From contig JBNRSN020000011.1 in NCBI GenBank assembly GCA_051313645.2, positions 126,480,001 through 126,544,000 of the forward strand: 64,000 bases of DNA. The letters are read 5' to 3'. The number at the start of each line of letters is the position of its first letter. Positions within the stretch are counted from its first letter, which is position 1. The DNA comes from Centroscyllium fabricii (lineage: Eukaryota). Below the pieces are notes generated by a model, which saw only the letters and a list, made by a program, of their open reading frames with translations, was not told the origin of the DNA and did no database searches. The translations under genes and the position numbers were made by a program. Shown here one piece after another: positions 10,865-23,064 of this stretch.

Positions 10865-11617
10865 ACCCCTTGTTTCAAGTAGGCACTGCTCCCTTCCAGC
10901 TTTTAAAATGTTTGCATTTGTAAATGTGACGACTAAGATCTCTTGCGCACAAATATTATATTTTTTGGTGTTTTTCATTGCTTCATAACTTAATTTTGTA
11001 CTCCGCAATGAGTTTACATGCAGTCTTTTCCTAAAACAGAATATAATGAGACTGTTGGAGAGGCCCCAACAATCCTTACCCAACCCTGGGTCTGGAGAGA
11101 CTAGTTAATTGGATTTGAGTTTGTGTCAGGAGATCAACAATCTCCAAATGTGCACATCAAAAAAAAAACTGGAAATGCTAGAAATCTGAAACAAAAACAG
11201 AAATGCACAACAAGTCAGTCAGCAGCTGTAAAAGGAAAAGACAGTTTGATGTCTCGGGTATAAGCCTTGGCATTAATGTCAGTTTCAAAGTTGCTGTGTG
11301 TGAAGTGCCGCATTTATTTTGGGCAGAAACAGCTTTGTTCATTCACTAGTTCATTTCCCTTAGGCTTCCATTTCTTCTACAACTTAAAATGCAGGTTTAG
11401 TATCACAGAAAAATGGCCTAAAGCCACATCCACAATGCAGGAGATTGTACAAAAGCAAAGTACAGCGGATGCTGGAAATCTGAAATAAAAACAGAAAATG
11501 CTGGATGTACTCAGCAGGTCAGACAGCATCTGTGGAGAGAGAAACAGTTAGCGTTTCAGGTCGAGCACCTTTAATCAGAACTGGCGCAGGGGATTCTAGG
11601 TTGGAGGAGTGTTGGTA

Positions 11618-12009
11618 CAGGTTGTGCACCATTAATCTGGCACCATCGGGACCAGGCCGGTGCCGGACTACTGAAAAATCCGAACGGCTAAAGGTTCAGC
11701 GAGCGCATGCGCAGACCATTCAAAATGGCCGGCGCGCATGCGCAGACCATTCAAAATGGCTGCAGCACGCGCGCATTTGGAAAAAGCCCCGCGAGGGAGC
11801 CCGGTACAACACTCCACGGGGCAGGAGCAGGCAGAACACGTCCCGGGAGAACTCCTGGGGATAGAATTTATACATTTCAGGTATTTTGCACATGAAACCA
11901 AAGCACAGGAAGCGGTTGCGGTGCCGAGCGGCTGCTCGGAACGCTGAAAAGCGCCGCTCATTTGTCATGCCGGACGATTGAAGTTGCCGGATTAACGGTG
12001 CACAATCTG
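11618..12009 (+). mobile_element. Tigger/pogo-like TIR element, copy 2
   Basis: TA|CAGGTTGTGCACCATTAATC ... GATTAACGGTGCACAATCTG|TA; two GCGCATGCGCAGACCATTCAAAATGGC units. Confidence 0.88.
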
Positions 12010-12140
12010 TATTATAAACTGGTAGTGGAATTCAAGCAGGCTGTTAGTATTTGAACCCTCAAATTAGGTCACTGCTGCTAACACTCTGCCGCCTGACCAG
12101 TACTGTGTGTTATATGAAATGTGTTTTGAATCTCTGCTGG

Positions 12141-12590
12141 TGTCAGCTGTGGCTCAGTTGGCAGCACACTCGCCTCTGAGTCAGAAGGTTGTGGGTTCAA
12201 GTCCCACTCCAGGGACTTGAGCACATAAAGCTAGACTGACACTCCAGAGCAGTGCTGCACTGCTGGAGGTGCCGTCTTTTGGATGAGACATTAAACCGAA
12301 GCCCCGTCTGCTCTCTCAGGCAGACGTAAAAGATTCCCTGGCACTATTTCGAAGAAGAGCAGGGGAGCTATCCCTGGTGTCCTGGCCAATATTTATCCCT
12401 CAACCAACATAACAAAAACAGATTATCACATTGCTCTTTGTGGGACCTTGCTGTGCGCAAATTGGCTGCTGATATTTCCCACATTACGACAATGACTGCA
12501 CTTCATAAGGATTTCATTGGCTGTAAAGCGCTTTTGAGACATCCGGTGGTCGCAAAAGGCGCTACAATATAAATGCAAGTCTTTTTCTTC
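12141..12590 (+). mobile_element. tRNA-headed DeuSINE (SacSINE1-like), near full length
   Basis: A box TGGCTCAGTTGG, B box GGTTCAAGTCC, Deu domain GGATGAGACATTAAACCGA...GGCACTATTTCGAAGAAGAGCAGGGG...CCTGGCCAATATTTATCCCTC, L2-type tail ATAAATGCAAGTCTTT. Confidence 0.85.
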
Positions 12591-12799
12591 ATTTAAAAAT
12601 GTTATTAATGCTATTGCATCATACCGGCAGTGTGTATAACGGGCAAATCGTGTTTGCACAAACACGCCCACTATAAGCGGCGGGGGCTGTAAATGCTTGT
12701 AATGGAGACTGATCTTATATTTCACCTACATGGATAAAATCTGTAAAAGTGTTAAATCATGACAGAAATTGATGTCATATTAAATATCAAGCTATTTTA

Positions 12800-13670
12800 G
12801 TATGGAAAATCTATAGGTCGACACAAAAGTCGGAGGTTTGGCAAACAATGAAGAGGACTGTAAAAGGTCTCACCAAAACACACACAGGTTAGCAGAATGG
12901 GTAGGTGCAAGTTAATATAGATAAATGTGAGGAAATACATTTTGGGAGAAAAAGCAAGCTTAATGGGAAAACACTGAAGGATATAGTTGAACAGAGAGAG
13001 ACCTAGGAGTTCAAATACATAATTCCTTGAAAGTGTGAGTGCGGATAGGTAAAGCTTTAATGAAGGCCAAGATAATTTTAGGTTTTTATTAATGGGGCAT
13101 AGAGTGCAAGAGTAAAGAAGTAATGATGAATTGCTTTGTAACATTGGTTAGGCACAATTAGAATACGGTGGGCAGTTTTGCGTGCTCCATCATAGATTGG
13201 ACATTAAAGCCATAGAGCATGTACAGTAGCTTCACCAGGATGATGCCAAGAATAGGAAACTATAGTTGTGCAGAGAGATTTCTGACAGGAGCAGAGAAGG
13301 CTAAGCTGAGATTTAATCCAATTTTTTTAAGAAAATTGAAAGGTTTTGGTAGTGAATAGGGAAAGGCTATTTTCTTTGGTTGGGTACTCATTGAAGAGGG
13401 GTCATCAATTTAAATTTGTTAATGAGTGTGCGAAAAGAGGTGAGGAGACATTTGTCTCCACTAAGGGTGGTTGAGGTATGGAATGCTTTGCCACAGGGAG
13501 TTGTAGATCTTTTAAGGGAACAATGAATAAATATTTGAAGCAGAGGAAGATGCAAGACTGTGGGGAGAAAGCGGGGCATTGGGATTAGTTTTGGATTACT
13601 CTTGCAAGGAGTTAGCCAGACACAATGAGTTAAATGGCCTCCTCCTATTCTGTAAACTTCTATGGTTCTA
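12800..13670 (+). mobile_element. Old degenerate CR1 LINE 3' portion
   Basis: Decayed RT C-terminal segments and tail TGGCCTCCTCCTATTCTGTAAACTTCTATG. Confidence 0.7.
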
Positions 13671-13983
13671 TAATTCTCTGGAGGGTGAGCAGAAAAGAAA
13701 ATGGGTATTATTGAATTGCACTAATTGTAGCACTGTATGAGTGGTTGTTACTACGTCACACACTTTTTCCATCTCCTTACATAGCAGTTATTTATTTGAA
13801 AGAAAATCCTTGGTGAGCTTGTTTGTTGAGCGCAAAATTTAGAGGACTCCAAGCCCAAAAAGAGACACTTAAATTTATGAAAATTTGCAGCTAAGTAAAG
13901 ATGATATCTGAATTGTAGATTTTCTTTTTTTTTAAACCATTCTTCAAAATTATTAAGTTTTCTTTATTTTTTATTTTGTTCAG

Positions 13984-14058
13984 GACTCCTACTCGATGCC
14001 CCTCACATCAATCCAGTGTTGGCACGTTCATTGTGAGGAATGCTGGCTCAGAACACTG
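13984..14058 (+). CDS. RNF220: RNF220 E3 ubiquitin ligase, penultimate coding exon (RING finger core)
   Basis: Polypyrimidine tract + CAG acceptor; 75 bp DSYSMPLTSIQCWHVHCEECWLRTL; GTAAG donor; matches the recalled RNF220 RING sequence. Confidence 0.95.
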
Positions 14059-15754
14059 GTAAGAATCTCCTTCCATTTCTTCATGTTCTTTCTTTCCTTT
14101 TTGTCGTTCTGCCCTAGTGCCTTCAGGGAAAAGTGTTCTAATCCGTTCAAACATTGCAGTACAGAAGGAAGCAATTAATAAGAAAATGCTCATCTGTTTC
14201 GCAGCCAGCCTTTTCCAATACACAATTTATTATATAAACACTTTCACAACGTCCTTTAAAATTTGCTTGCTGTGGCGGCTTGTTACTAATGTTACCATTA
14301 AACCATACCCTGAAGACAGCAATAAAGTTGGAATGCTGGGTCCTTGCATCTTTAATCAAAGTGAATGCATGTAATCTTGTTACTGCTGCCTTTTTTTTAT
14401 GAAACTGGGCAGTACATAGCAACTGTGTATGTGTGTATGTGAATATGTAATAGTCATTCATTATTCTCATTAACTTGGCTCTGTTTAAACAAAGAATTTT
14501 TTTTTTGTAATAAGGAAATAAAGGGGGGAATTGTATGATTATACTGCATGGATCATATATATTTATAAAACAAACAAAACTTCTCCAGTGCTGTAACCAC
14601 AGCTAGTGCTATAAAAGATTGGAGGGACAGGGCCTTTCTTCTCTCAAAGTGCCTGACACAATGGCACATTGCCACAGTGCTAATGAGGGTTTGAAGTATA
14701 AAACACTAATGAACTAAAAGGCATACTTTTATGGTTGAGTTTAGCACACCAGGGTTGAGGTAAGTTCATTACCACAATTAAGGTACTCCTTTAGTTTTTG
14801 ATTAAACACTTCCTAACTTGTAATTATTCCTAATTGCATTAATGTTTCTTTGTTCATTTTATCCCCACAAGGGGAGGGGGGAACGATGTTGCTCTTACAT
14901 TAAGTTGTCCCAACTGCAGTTTCCTAGATTTGTTTACAATGCTACGTTGGTCAGTCTTCAGATTTGTCATGTGCCCCCACTTCTCACCAGTAACTTAGAG
15001 ACTAAAAGGCTTAGTTTACACTATTTTGTTGCAGGCTTAATGTCCCACTAACGGGTGACACCTCATTTGAATCTTCTAGTCACTGGGAGATGTTGATTGT
15101 TAGTGTAAGAGCCAGGAGATCATACTTTGGGGCCATTATAATACTTGGACTTTGGGTATCGTGCATTGACTACTAGAGCTCATGCTAAAGTAGCACGTGT
15201 GTTCAGTATCAGGTGTTCTCACATTAATTCCAGCAGTTCTGCCTCCCATTACAGATTGCCTGGCAGCAGAGACACAAGACTTGGCACTGGAATTGTAGAC
15301 AGGGGCAATGTGGCACTAGAGCTCTTCCATACAGCACCACGGTGTGGAAACAAATTGATTTGGTACTGTGTATATGTGACAAAAATGAAGCATTTTAGTC
15401 TTTTAAGATTATTTTTCTACTGTTGTCCACAGTACACACTCAGGATAAAGATCAGTTATTGATTGATGTTTGCTGCAAGTTGGAGGGAATTTACATCACA
15501 GTTTGTCTAATATTCATGGCTCGGCAAAGTGGGGACATGTGTAGTCATAGGCATTCTTGCTTTGCATGGTCTGATTGCTGCCATTGTATGTGGATGGGAA
15601 CCCAGGCGAGTTGCTGGAATGGATATCAATAGGGGGTTGCTTATCTATTAGTAACTGATTTCTGTTGAAACCAAAGGTGGTGTTATTTCATTAATATTGA
15701 TTGTAGGGGTATTGGGTTGCACCTTTTTTTAAAGTATCTTTGATGGCTGCATAA

Positions 15755-16500
15755 ACAACAACTACTTGCATTTATGTAGCAACTTTAATGTTGAAAAATA
15801 TCCCAAAGCGCTTCACAAGAGGTTTAATCAGTCAAAAAATGGACACCCAACCAAAAATGGAGATGTGGGAGGGGTGACCAAAAGCTTGGCCAAAGAGGTG
15901 GGTTTTAAGGAGTTCCAGTGCCTGGGGCATAGATGGGTGAAGGCATGGCCGCCAAAGGTGGGATGAAGGGAGAGGAGGAATGTACAAGTCAGAGCAATAG
16001 AGAGTGCTGGGGCTATTGGAGGGTTGGAGGAGATTACAGAGATAGTGAAGGTCAAGGCCATGAAGGGATTTAAACATGAGGATGAGAATTTTAAATTGTA
16101 GACCGGGTGCCAATGTAAGCCAACAAGGAAAGGGGTGAGGGGTGAGCAGGTATTGGTGTGGGTTAGGATACGGGCAGCAGAATCTTGGATGAGCTGGGGC
16201 TCAGAGCATGGAGGTTGGGAGGCCTGCTAAAAGATTATTGGAATAGTTGAGTTTGGAAGTAACAAAGGCATGGATGAGATTTTCAGCAGCAGGGTCCGAG
16301 GTGGGTAGTGTTAGAGGTGGAAGTAGCCAGTACTTGTGACTGTGAGGATATGGGGCTGGAAACTCAGCTCATGGCTGAATAAGCTGCCAAGGTTGTAAAC
16401 ACCTTGCTTCAGCCTGAGACTGTGGCCTGGGAGGGGTACGGAATCAGTGGCTGGAGTAGAGAGTTTGTGGCAGGGGCCGAAGATGATGGCCCTGTCTGAT
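15755..16500 (-). mobile_element. L2 LINE 3' fragment
   Basis: Minus frames QFKILILMFKSLHGL, FGGHAFTHLCPRHWNSL, LKTHLF; tail CAACAACTACTTGCATTTAT. Confidence 0.75.
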
Positions 16501-17990
16501 TGATAAAGAATGAGGCTAGCCATCTTATGTGAGTTAAGGAAATGCAGTTTTTTGTGTGACTGGGCTTTGTTTCGGCACACTAAGCATTTAGAATGACACT
16601 TCAGTGGCTGAATTTACCTTGGAAGCCAGAAGTCTGGAGCCAGCCGAAAAGTAGTGAGTGCCCATTTTCAAGGTTCGGTGTATGTTGAGAGATAGCTCAA
16701 GGGAAGCATCTTTATTATTCTGATATATTGTGGAGGGTAATAACCTTTGTAAATTATGATAAATACACTCTTTTGCAGCGAATACTGCGTTCACTTATCT
16801 GTTCATGTTAAATAAAACATCAGTTGGTTTATAGCCTCAGTCTTGGCCTGACAGACGATAAGTTCAATCTTTTTCTGTCCTTTTATTGTATGTTCATAAT
16901 CCATCTAACGAAGACAAAGGGAATCATGTGGTGATGTGAAACATTACAGCAAGCCAATTTACAGTTGCAAAGTTCTTTGTTCAGCCCCTGGGTCTCGCTG
17001 TCACTTACCTAAATATTGGGCAGGTAACGGCACACTCGTGTTGTTAGGGGAAGAGAGGCCCACTTAGGGAATGATTGCTGATGGTGAATCTAAATGGAAT
17101 ATCTTGCGAGAAACCCCCAAAAGCCCAAGTGTAAAAGATGTACGTAGTGCTACTTGGGGTGGACTTTAGACAGCTGTTGGTGCTGTTTTGATTGTCAGGT
17201 GTTGTATTTCTGATAAGATATTTACTCCAAGGCCCAGTCTGCCCATTCCAATGGTACAGGTGGATTTTAAAGAACTCCTGGCAGGGCGGTTTTCCCAGTG
17301 TCCTGGTCAACATTTCTCTCTCAATCAACATCATCAAAATCAGATTGATTGGTCATATATCTCATTCCTATTTGTTGGATCATGCTCTGTGCAAAATGGC
17401 TGCTGTATTTGCATACACAAGTTAATTCAGCAGAAAAATTAATTGTATGTGAAGCACTTTCAGACATTTCTGAAAGCTATGGTAAGGTGCTATGTACAGT
17501 AAATGCATTTTAAAAAAAATTCTTTACTTTTTAAATCCAAAATAGTGGCTGCATGTATCCAAGATTTATTTAGTGACACTGGATTGGATTGCCTCAGGAA
17601 AGTGAACCAGTCCATTTTTCCTTTATTCTTTGTTGCATAAAGTTTAAGTTTTGTCATAGACAGAGCAAGGCTCAACTATACCAGGAAAAAGCTCACTTTT
17701 GTACATGCAGTCTTCCTTAAAACATTTTTTTAATGCCTTTTATGATGGGGAGGGGGATTTGTTTAATTGCAGTGCTCCCACTGTTCCCTCAGAATTGACC
17801 CACTACTCCTAAAACTTCACACTTGGGAACTGTGAGATAATACTGAGGTGTGGAGAATCGTTCATTCCACAGTTATATTGCCACATCACCACAGATTTTG
17901 AGTTTATCAAACTAACTATTCAGTCAGCCTTTTGAGTTGAGGACTAACAATTCTTCACTAACACCCCCTGCCCCCAGAAAGACAATTCTA

Positions 17991-18712
17991 GGGCCTGGAG
18001 TTTTGGCTTGATTGCACTAGTTTTTTCAGCGCAACTCTTCCAATATCAGCGTAACCGGTGTAAAAGTTTGCGGACTTTTTAACGCAAATTGCGTCCAGCG
18101 CAGCTCGAGTTTCCACAATCTTTTGCGCTAGTTTTAAAAACATCTGGCGAGAAGCAAGCGCTGCTAACAAAACTGGCCACAGCCCCAGGGTGAATTAATC
18201 ACTTTTGGGAGTTTCCACTAATTGCGCTCGTTTGCAGTCCTTCGAGGAGGCTCCAAAAATTGAGCTGGAACTTTTCGCAAGAACACTAATAGGTATGTTT
18301 TTGAATGAATTTTTAAACGTTTACGAAGGAACTGACTACTATACCCCAATCTAACTAGAAAGCAGTTTTGTGTATTAAAAATCATTTACAGTAATTTAAA
18401 ATCGGGTTACTCACAGGTTGAAACTGATTTAAAATGCTTATATTTTTGTGATAGACCCATTTTCAGCCGTATTATTCAAACTTTACCAAGTTGCCACTCT
18501 TAAATATACAAAGGAATGTTTTTTAAAGCAAAATACATATATTTTTTAAGTTTTAAAGTGCTGCCTGATTGTGTTGGTTCATGGCAGAGTTTGTGTTTGG
18601 CAATATGCAAGTGAGTTTGAGCAGAAACTGGCAGGGGGGGCGGGGAGCACTTTTCAAAACGGGCGCAATTTGCGCCAGAGTGGCCGATTGCGCCCAAAGC
18701 GGAAACTACCCC
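17991..18712. mobile_element. Probable Harbinger-like MITE
   Basis: CpG-rich subtermini, AT-rich core, GGG...CCCC ends flanked by CTA on both sides; TIR match is imperfect. Confidence 0.45.
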
Positions 18713-18867
18713 CTAGATGTTTGAGGGGTACAGGTTGCTTCTGCCTTAACAACAGCTGTTGGGGCAGGTGCTTGTGCCATGCGAGATTAATATCATGGGG
18801 ACAACTTATTCAACTGGCAGAAAAGCCTTTTTGAATTCTCCCACTCTTGTACTTGCAGAGTTCAGTA

Positions 18868-19209
18868 CAGGTTGAGCACCATTAATCCGGTACCCTCAGG
18901 ACCATGCCGGTGCCGGACCACTGAAAATTCCAAACTGCTGAAGGTTTGGGGGGAGCGCGCGGGTAGAACACTCCCCGGGACCCGGAGCGCACGGGTAGAA
19001 CACTCCCCGCGAGGGTGCCTGGGGACATTATAAGCCCTAAAAAAACAGAAACTCAAACGCCCGATGCCTTCGGCACTCGCTCACCCTTCGCGGAAAACAG
19101 TGGCGCCGCCAAGCGGCTGCTCCGCAAAATGAAGAGCGCCGGTTTCCAATCGTGCCGGACCACTGAAGCTGCCGGACCATCGGATGCCGGATTACCGGTG
19201 CTCAACCTG
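18868..19209 (+). mobile_element. Tigger/pogo-like TIR element, copy 3 (empty relative of copy 1)
   Basis: TA|CAGGTTGAGCACC...GGTGCTCAACCTG|TA; reverse complement aligns with 5263-5530 and 6238-6314, with two minisatellite units and no MSL3 cargo. Confidence 0.9.
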
Positions 19210-20208
19210 TATATACATTCCTGAGAGTGCATTCTTCTGCATACAGGGCAAGATCCCCAAGTGTGCAGAGAGATACTGCTGGATTTTAACCAACTGAAAT
19301 TGTGCAGCTTACCAGTTCAAAGCACTGGAAAGCTACCCCAGCTAGTTCCACCTTACCTGTTGGGACTTTGGCGTGAGGGGTTACCTGGAGCCGAGTGGAA
19401 AGAATTCCAAACACAAGTGACAGGTGCACCCCTTTGTGTCCTATTGTTGAGCCAGACTGGCCAGTCAGTCCTTCCAGCTATACGTATTCAATTACTGAGT
19501 CTGCTATAGAAGGTTGACATGGCTCTGAGCTTCCATCATTAGGCATGTCACCTTGGCGATACTTTGACAATATGCAATTTCCAGCATTCCTCTCTCCCTC
19601 CCCCTCCCAAATTACACACTCACTAGCTGGTCATCGGATAACTGACACGCGCAGGTTTGAGCCTTCGCTAAGTGAACAGGCAGGTACCAGGAGCTTCTCA
19701 CAAGCAACACAACTGACTATAAAATGTATGCATTTCCAGCATCCTGACCACAGCATAGTTGCATTTCTCATATCTCATTGAATGGTTCCACCACTTCAGT
19801 AGCAGCTGCTTGTCTTTCTGTAATCCAGTTATGATGGGTACTAAGACCTGGATATATAAGTAGGTTTTCTTATACGTAGCCTGCAAGTATGTTCTTCAAG
19901 CAGAAGTCATCTCAAGACTCAGCTATACGATGGACATTTGCTTTCATTATAGTGAAGGACTATATGTAGGGCAGCTCTGAATTGCGCCAGTCACCTTGAA
20001 GTTCTAAAATCAAAGTCCAGTTCCACATAACAGGCTTGCTCCTCAACAACTACCTGACCCATGCGCTTATGTGAGTACTTGGACAAAGAAGCACACCCAC
20101 TATAATGTTTACTCTACCTCTTAATTCAGTGTTCAATGTATTTATAAACTAGTTTTGCCCACTTGGCATGATACTAACTCGACATGCATTATGTGAGCTA
20201 CAAACAAT

Positions 20209-20975
20209 GGGGGGGATTTTCAGCTCCCCGTGAGGCGGGGCTTTCGGCGGGTTGGCCGTCAAAATCGCAAAACCGGCGGGTCCCCCCCCCCGCCTGATCC
20301 CCGCCGCTTTGACATTTTCCCCTGTCCCGAAACCTTCCCGCCGACGGGGATGGGTTGTCACCTCGTTATGGGCCCTTAATTGGCATGTTTAATGTCATTT
20401 TAAGGGCCCTTCCGAATTTTCATCCCATTCTCACCCTAACCCCGCCAGCCTAAAACCCCGCTGGTGAAACCCAGCGGGAGCACAGCGCTGTTCATTACTT
20501 TCTCCCTCAAGGTGCTGAAGGACATGCTGCAAAATTCTTGGCATGCCTTCAGCACCTTGGAGGAGCAAGTTACTCCGCGGTGGGTACACTAGCTATGGGC
20601 AAAAACTCAGAAATCTCAGCATTGCACATTTCCTGACAGCCGGTGCCGAGCTGTCATGGATTTGGAGCCCGCCCGTCCACCTGTCAGTCACCAGCACTTG
20701 ACCTTTCCCATTGGTTCCACTCGACTGTGATGTCACAGTGGAGTGTTTCCATGGGAACTGTCAACAACCAGTGCTGGAACTGTCAATCAAACTCCTCGCA
20801 GCCCCGCTGCAGCCCGACTCGATTGAGTCAATTACCACCGGCTGCCACACGCGGGGATTTAATTACTCAATTAAATGAAAATTGTGTGGGGTTCCCAGGC
20901 CCTTGGCCGGGCGGGTCAGGAACCTGCCCTGACCAATCCCCGCCAGGTTCCTGCACTTCCGGCAAAATCCCCCCC
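20209..20975 (-). mobile_element. ~770-bp Harbinger-group-like MITE, inverted copy of 10104-10864
   Basis: AAT|GGGGGGGATTTT...AAAATCCCCCCC|AAT, perfect 3-bp TSD AAT. Confidence 0.85.
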
Positions 20976-23064
20976 AATGTGTGGCAATCAGGGGGTTAAA
21001 TGGTAAATCTGACACCGCAGCCCTTACAATAAAATAGTGAGAATGAAAGAGCTCTGAGCTCACTTAAGTAGAGTTTAGATCAGCTGTTTATCATTTATTG
21101 CTATTGTATTGTTTTATTTTTTCTTTTCTTTTTGCATGCTCACTTTCTACAGTCTTACCAAGTATCCCCTTGAGTTTAACGCATTTAAAAATAAAACCTT
21201 TTGCTCCGAAGTTTGAAATCAAACAGCACTATAGCATTATACTTCTGTAATTCTCCTAGATGGCGGTTGCTAGCTAGTCAGGAATTTGCAGTGAGCAAGA
21301 CAGTCTCTTGCAGTTGGACTAGGAATGGATGCCGATGTTGGATTTCTGTATCAGAAGACAGTGCATTGTTCAGCTTGCCTGCTGTGATTCACTAAGTGGC
21401 ATTCCCTGCTATAGTACAAAATGCTAAAGGAACGCAGTCAGCTTTCAGATATATCCTGTTACTAACCTTTTGATAAAATCCTCATGACTAAATATATCCA
21501 AGGACCATAAATCCATCAGGACTGTTAGTAAAACTTGATTCTTCACTTATGAAAAGAGCGCCCAAAAGGAAAGCAAATTTGCTCTGCAGGGGAAGTCGTA
21601 TTTTGTAAACTTGGGATTTATTAGGAAATGAACAGCCAGGTTTTCCCTAGTGAGCCATTCTGTGCTGGTTATAGGAAGTCCAGTGAGTGGCTAATCCGCT
21701 CCCCTGCAGTAACTTGTTTAACCTTGCTGTGTAGCAGAGTAGCAAGACTATAATAGTTTAAATTAAAGATGGCAAAAGTGAAGCCACACAACTTGAAGCT
21801 GTGGTCATCCAGCTATTTACCTTCTGTTTCCTCAGTAACAGACACCTACAGTACAATAGAATATAAGATATATTAGTACCTGTATCTCTTCAAAATACTT
21901 TTGAAGCTGAACTCACATTTTTATCGGGTTGCATGTTTTAAACATCACAGTATTTTTCTCTTGATTTATCTTCTCACCTCATACTGTTGAGTGTACTAGC
22001 ATTCTATTCATGAGCTCTTACCAATACAAATCTTAATCTAATTTTTATGAGATATGCAAGAGAGACCCAGTTTTGTTTCTGAGGAAATGGCTTTACTCAC
22101 TGCACAGGGAATCGAGGATGCAAACCTATCTACCTCTTAAATTTGTGGCTCTTCCCACACTACTCAAGTGCATTTGATGGTTGCTTGACCAAAATATAGC
22201 GCTTACTTAATGCGTGGAGGTACATGTTTGCTCAGACATTCGATTGAGGAGCATAGTTTGGGAAGGCTGGACAGGAAATGGAGAATAAAACTACTTCAGA
22301 GGTTCTGACCCTGCACTTTTATTGTATCCCACGATGATCTTGAGGCATTTTAATATCGAACAGTCCTTTGTATATGTTTGCACTGATTCATAGTAATACA
22401 TCTTTCCATACAAAGAAAGTTCTTAAATTTGCCCATTTTTTTCTCAGAATAGTATAACTAAGAGAGCTAGCAGTGTGATGGCGATTGAGAGCACACAAGA
22501 TTAACAAGCTTGGTTGTCAAGTGAACTCGAGCCTCCTCAGTTATGTTACTGATTATTCTGTTAATATTGAGCCTTGGCATTGCAGTTAGTGGTTATCGTT
22601 CTTACATTATCTCCCTTTGCCACTCCAGCTTCTGATAGTAGTTAGCGGTAACCACTCATTCTAATGATTGTTCACACTTTTTGCTGCCACTTCCTTTGAC
22701 AGATGAACTAAGGGTGGTAGATCATTTACCTGCTTTTGCAGACACACTTGTTATCGTTATGAGAAGAAGCAAGGCCTGAGTGGGCCATTGACATCTTTGA
22801 GTATCTTGACTGCTAATAATTACTTGGAGATTAATGTTTGGAGGTCTATGTTGGCTGTTAACACTTGGGGATCAGTCACATAAGTGCATGACTTTGCAAC
22901 ACATTGGGTCCAATGCAAATTGGGCTTTCTTCTCAATTTGCAACTGCTTTGATTTAAAAAGCACATTATAATAGGGCAGATTTGTCTTATAATTCAGCCT
23001 TGCAGAGCTCTAAAGTGCAGGGGAAGGCTACGCTACAAATAAGCTGAAATGAATCACTTTTACA

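Noticed and set aside
12141-12215. tRNA gene (also the heads at 42044, 48620 and 63847)
   Set aside because: A/B boxes run directly into SINE bodies; no intact cloverleaf
1-13983. Upstream RNF220 exon ending in KCLICM
   Set aside because: Not found by eye; probably lies before the window, so the intronic status of this region is inferred
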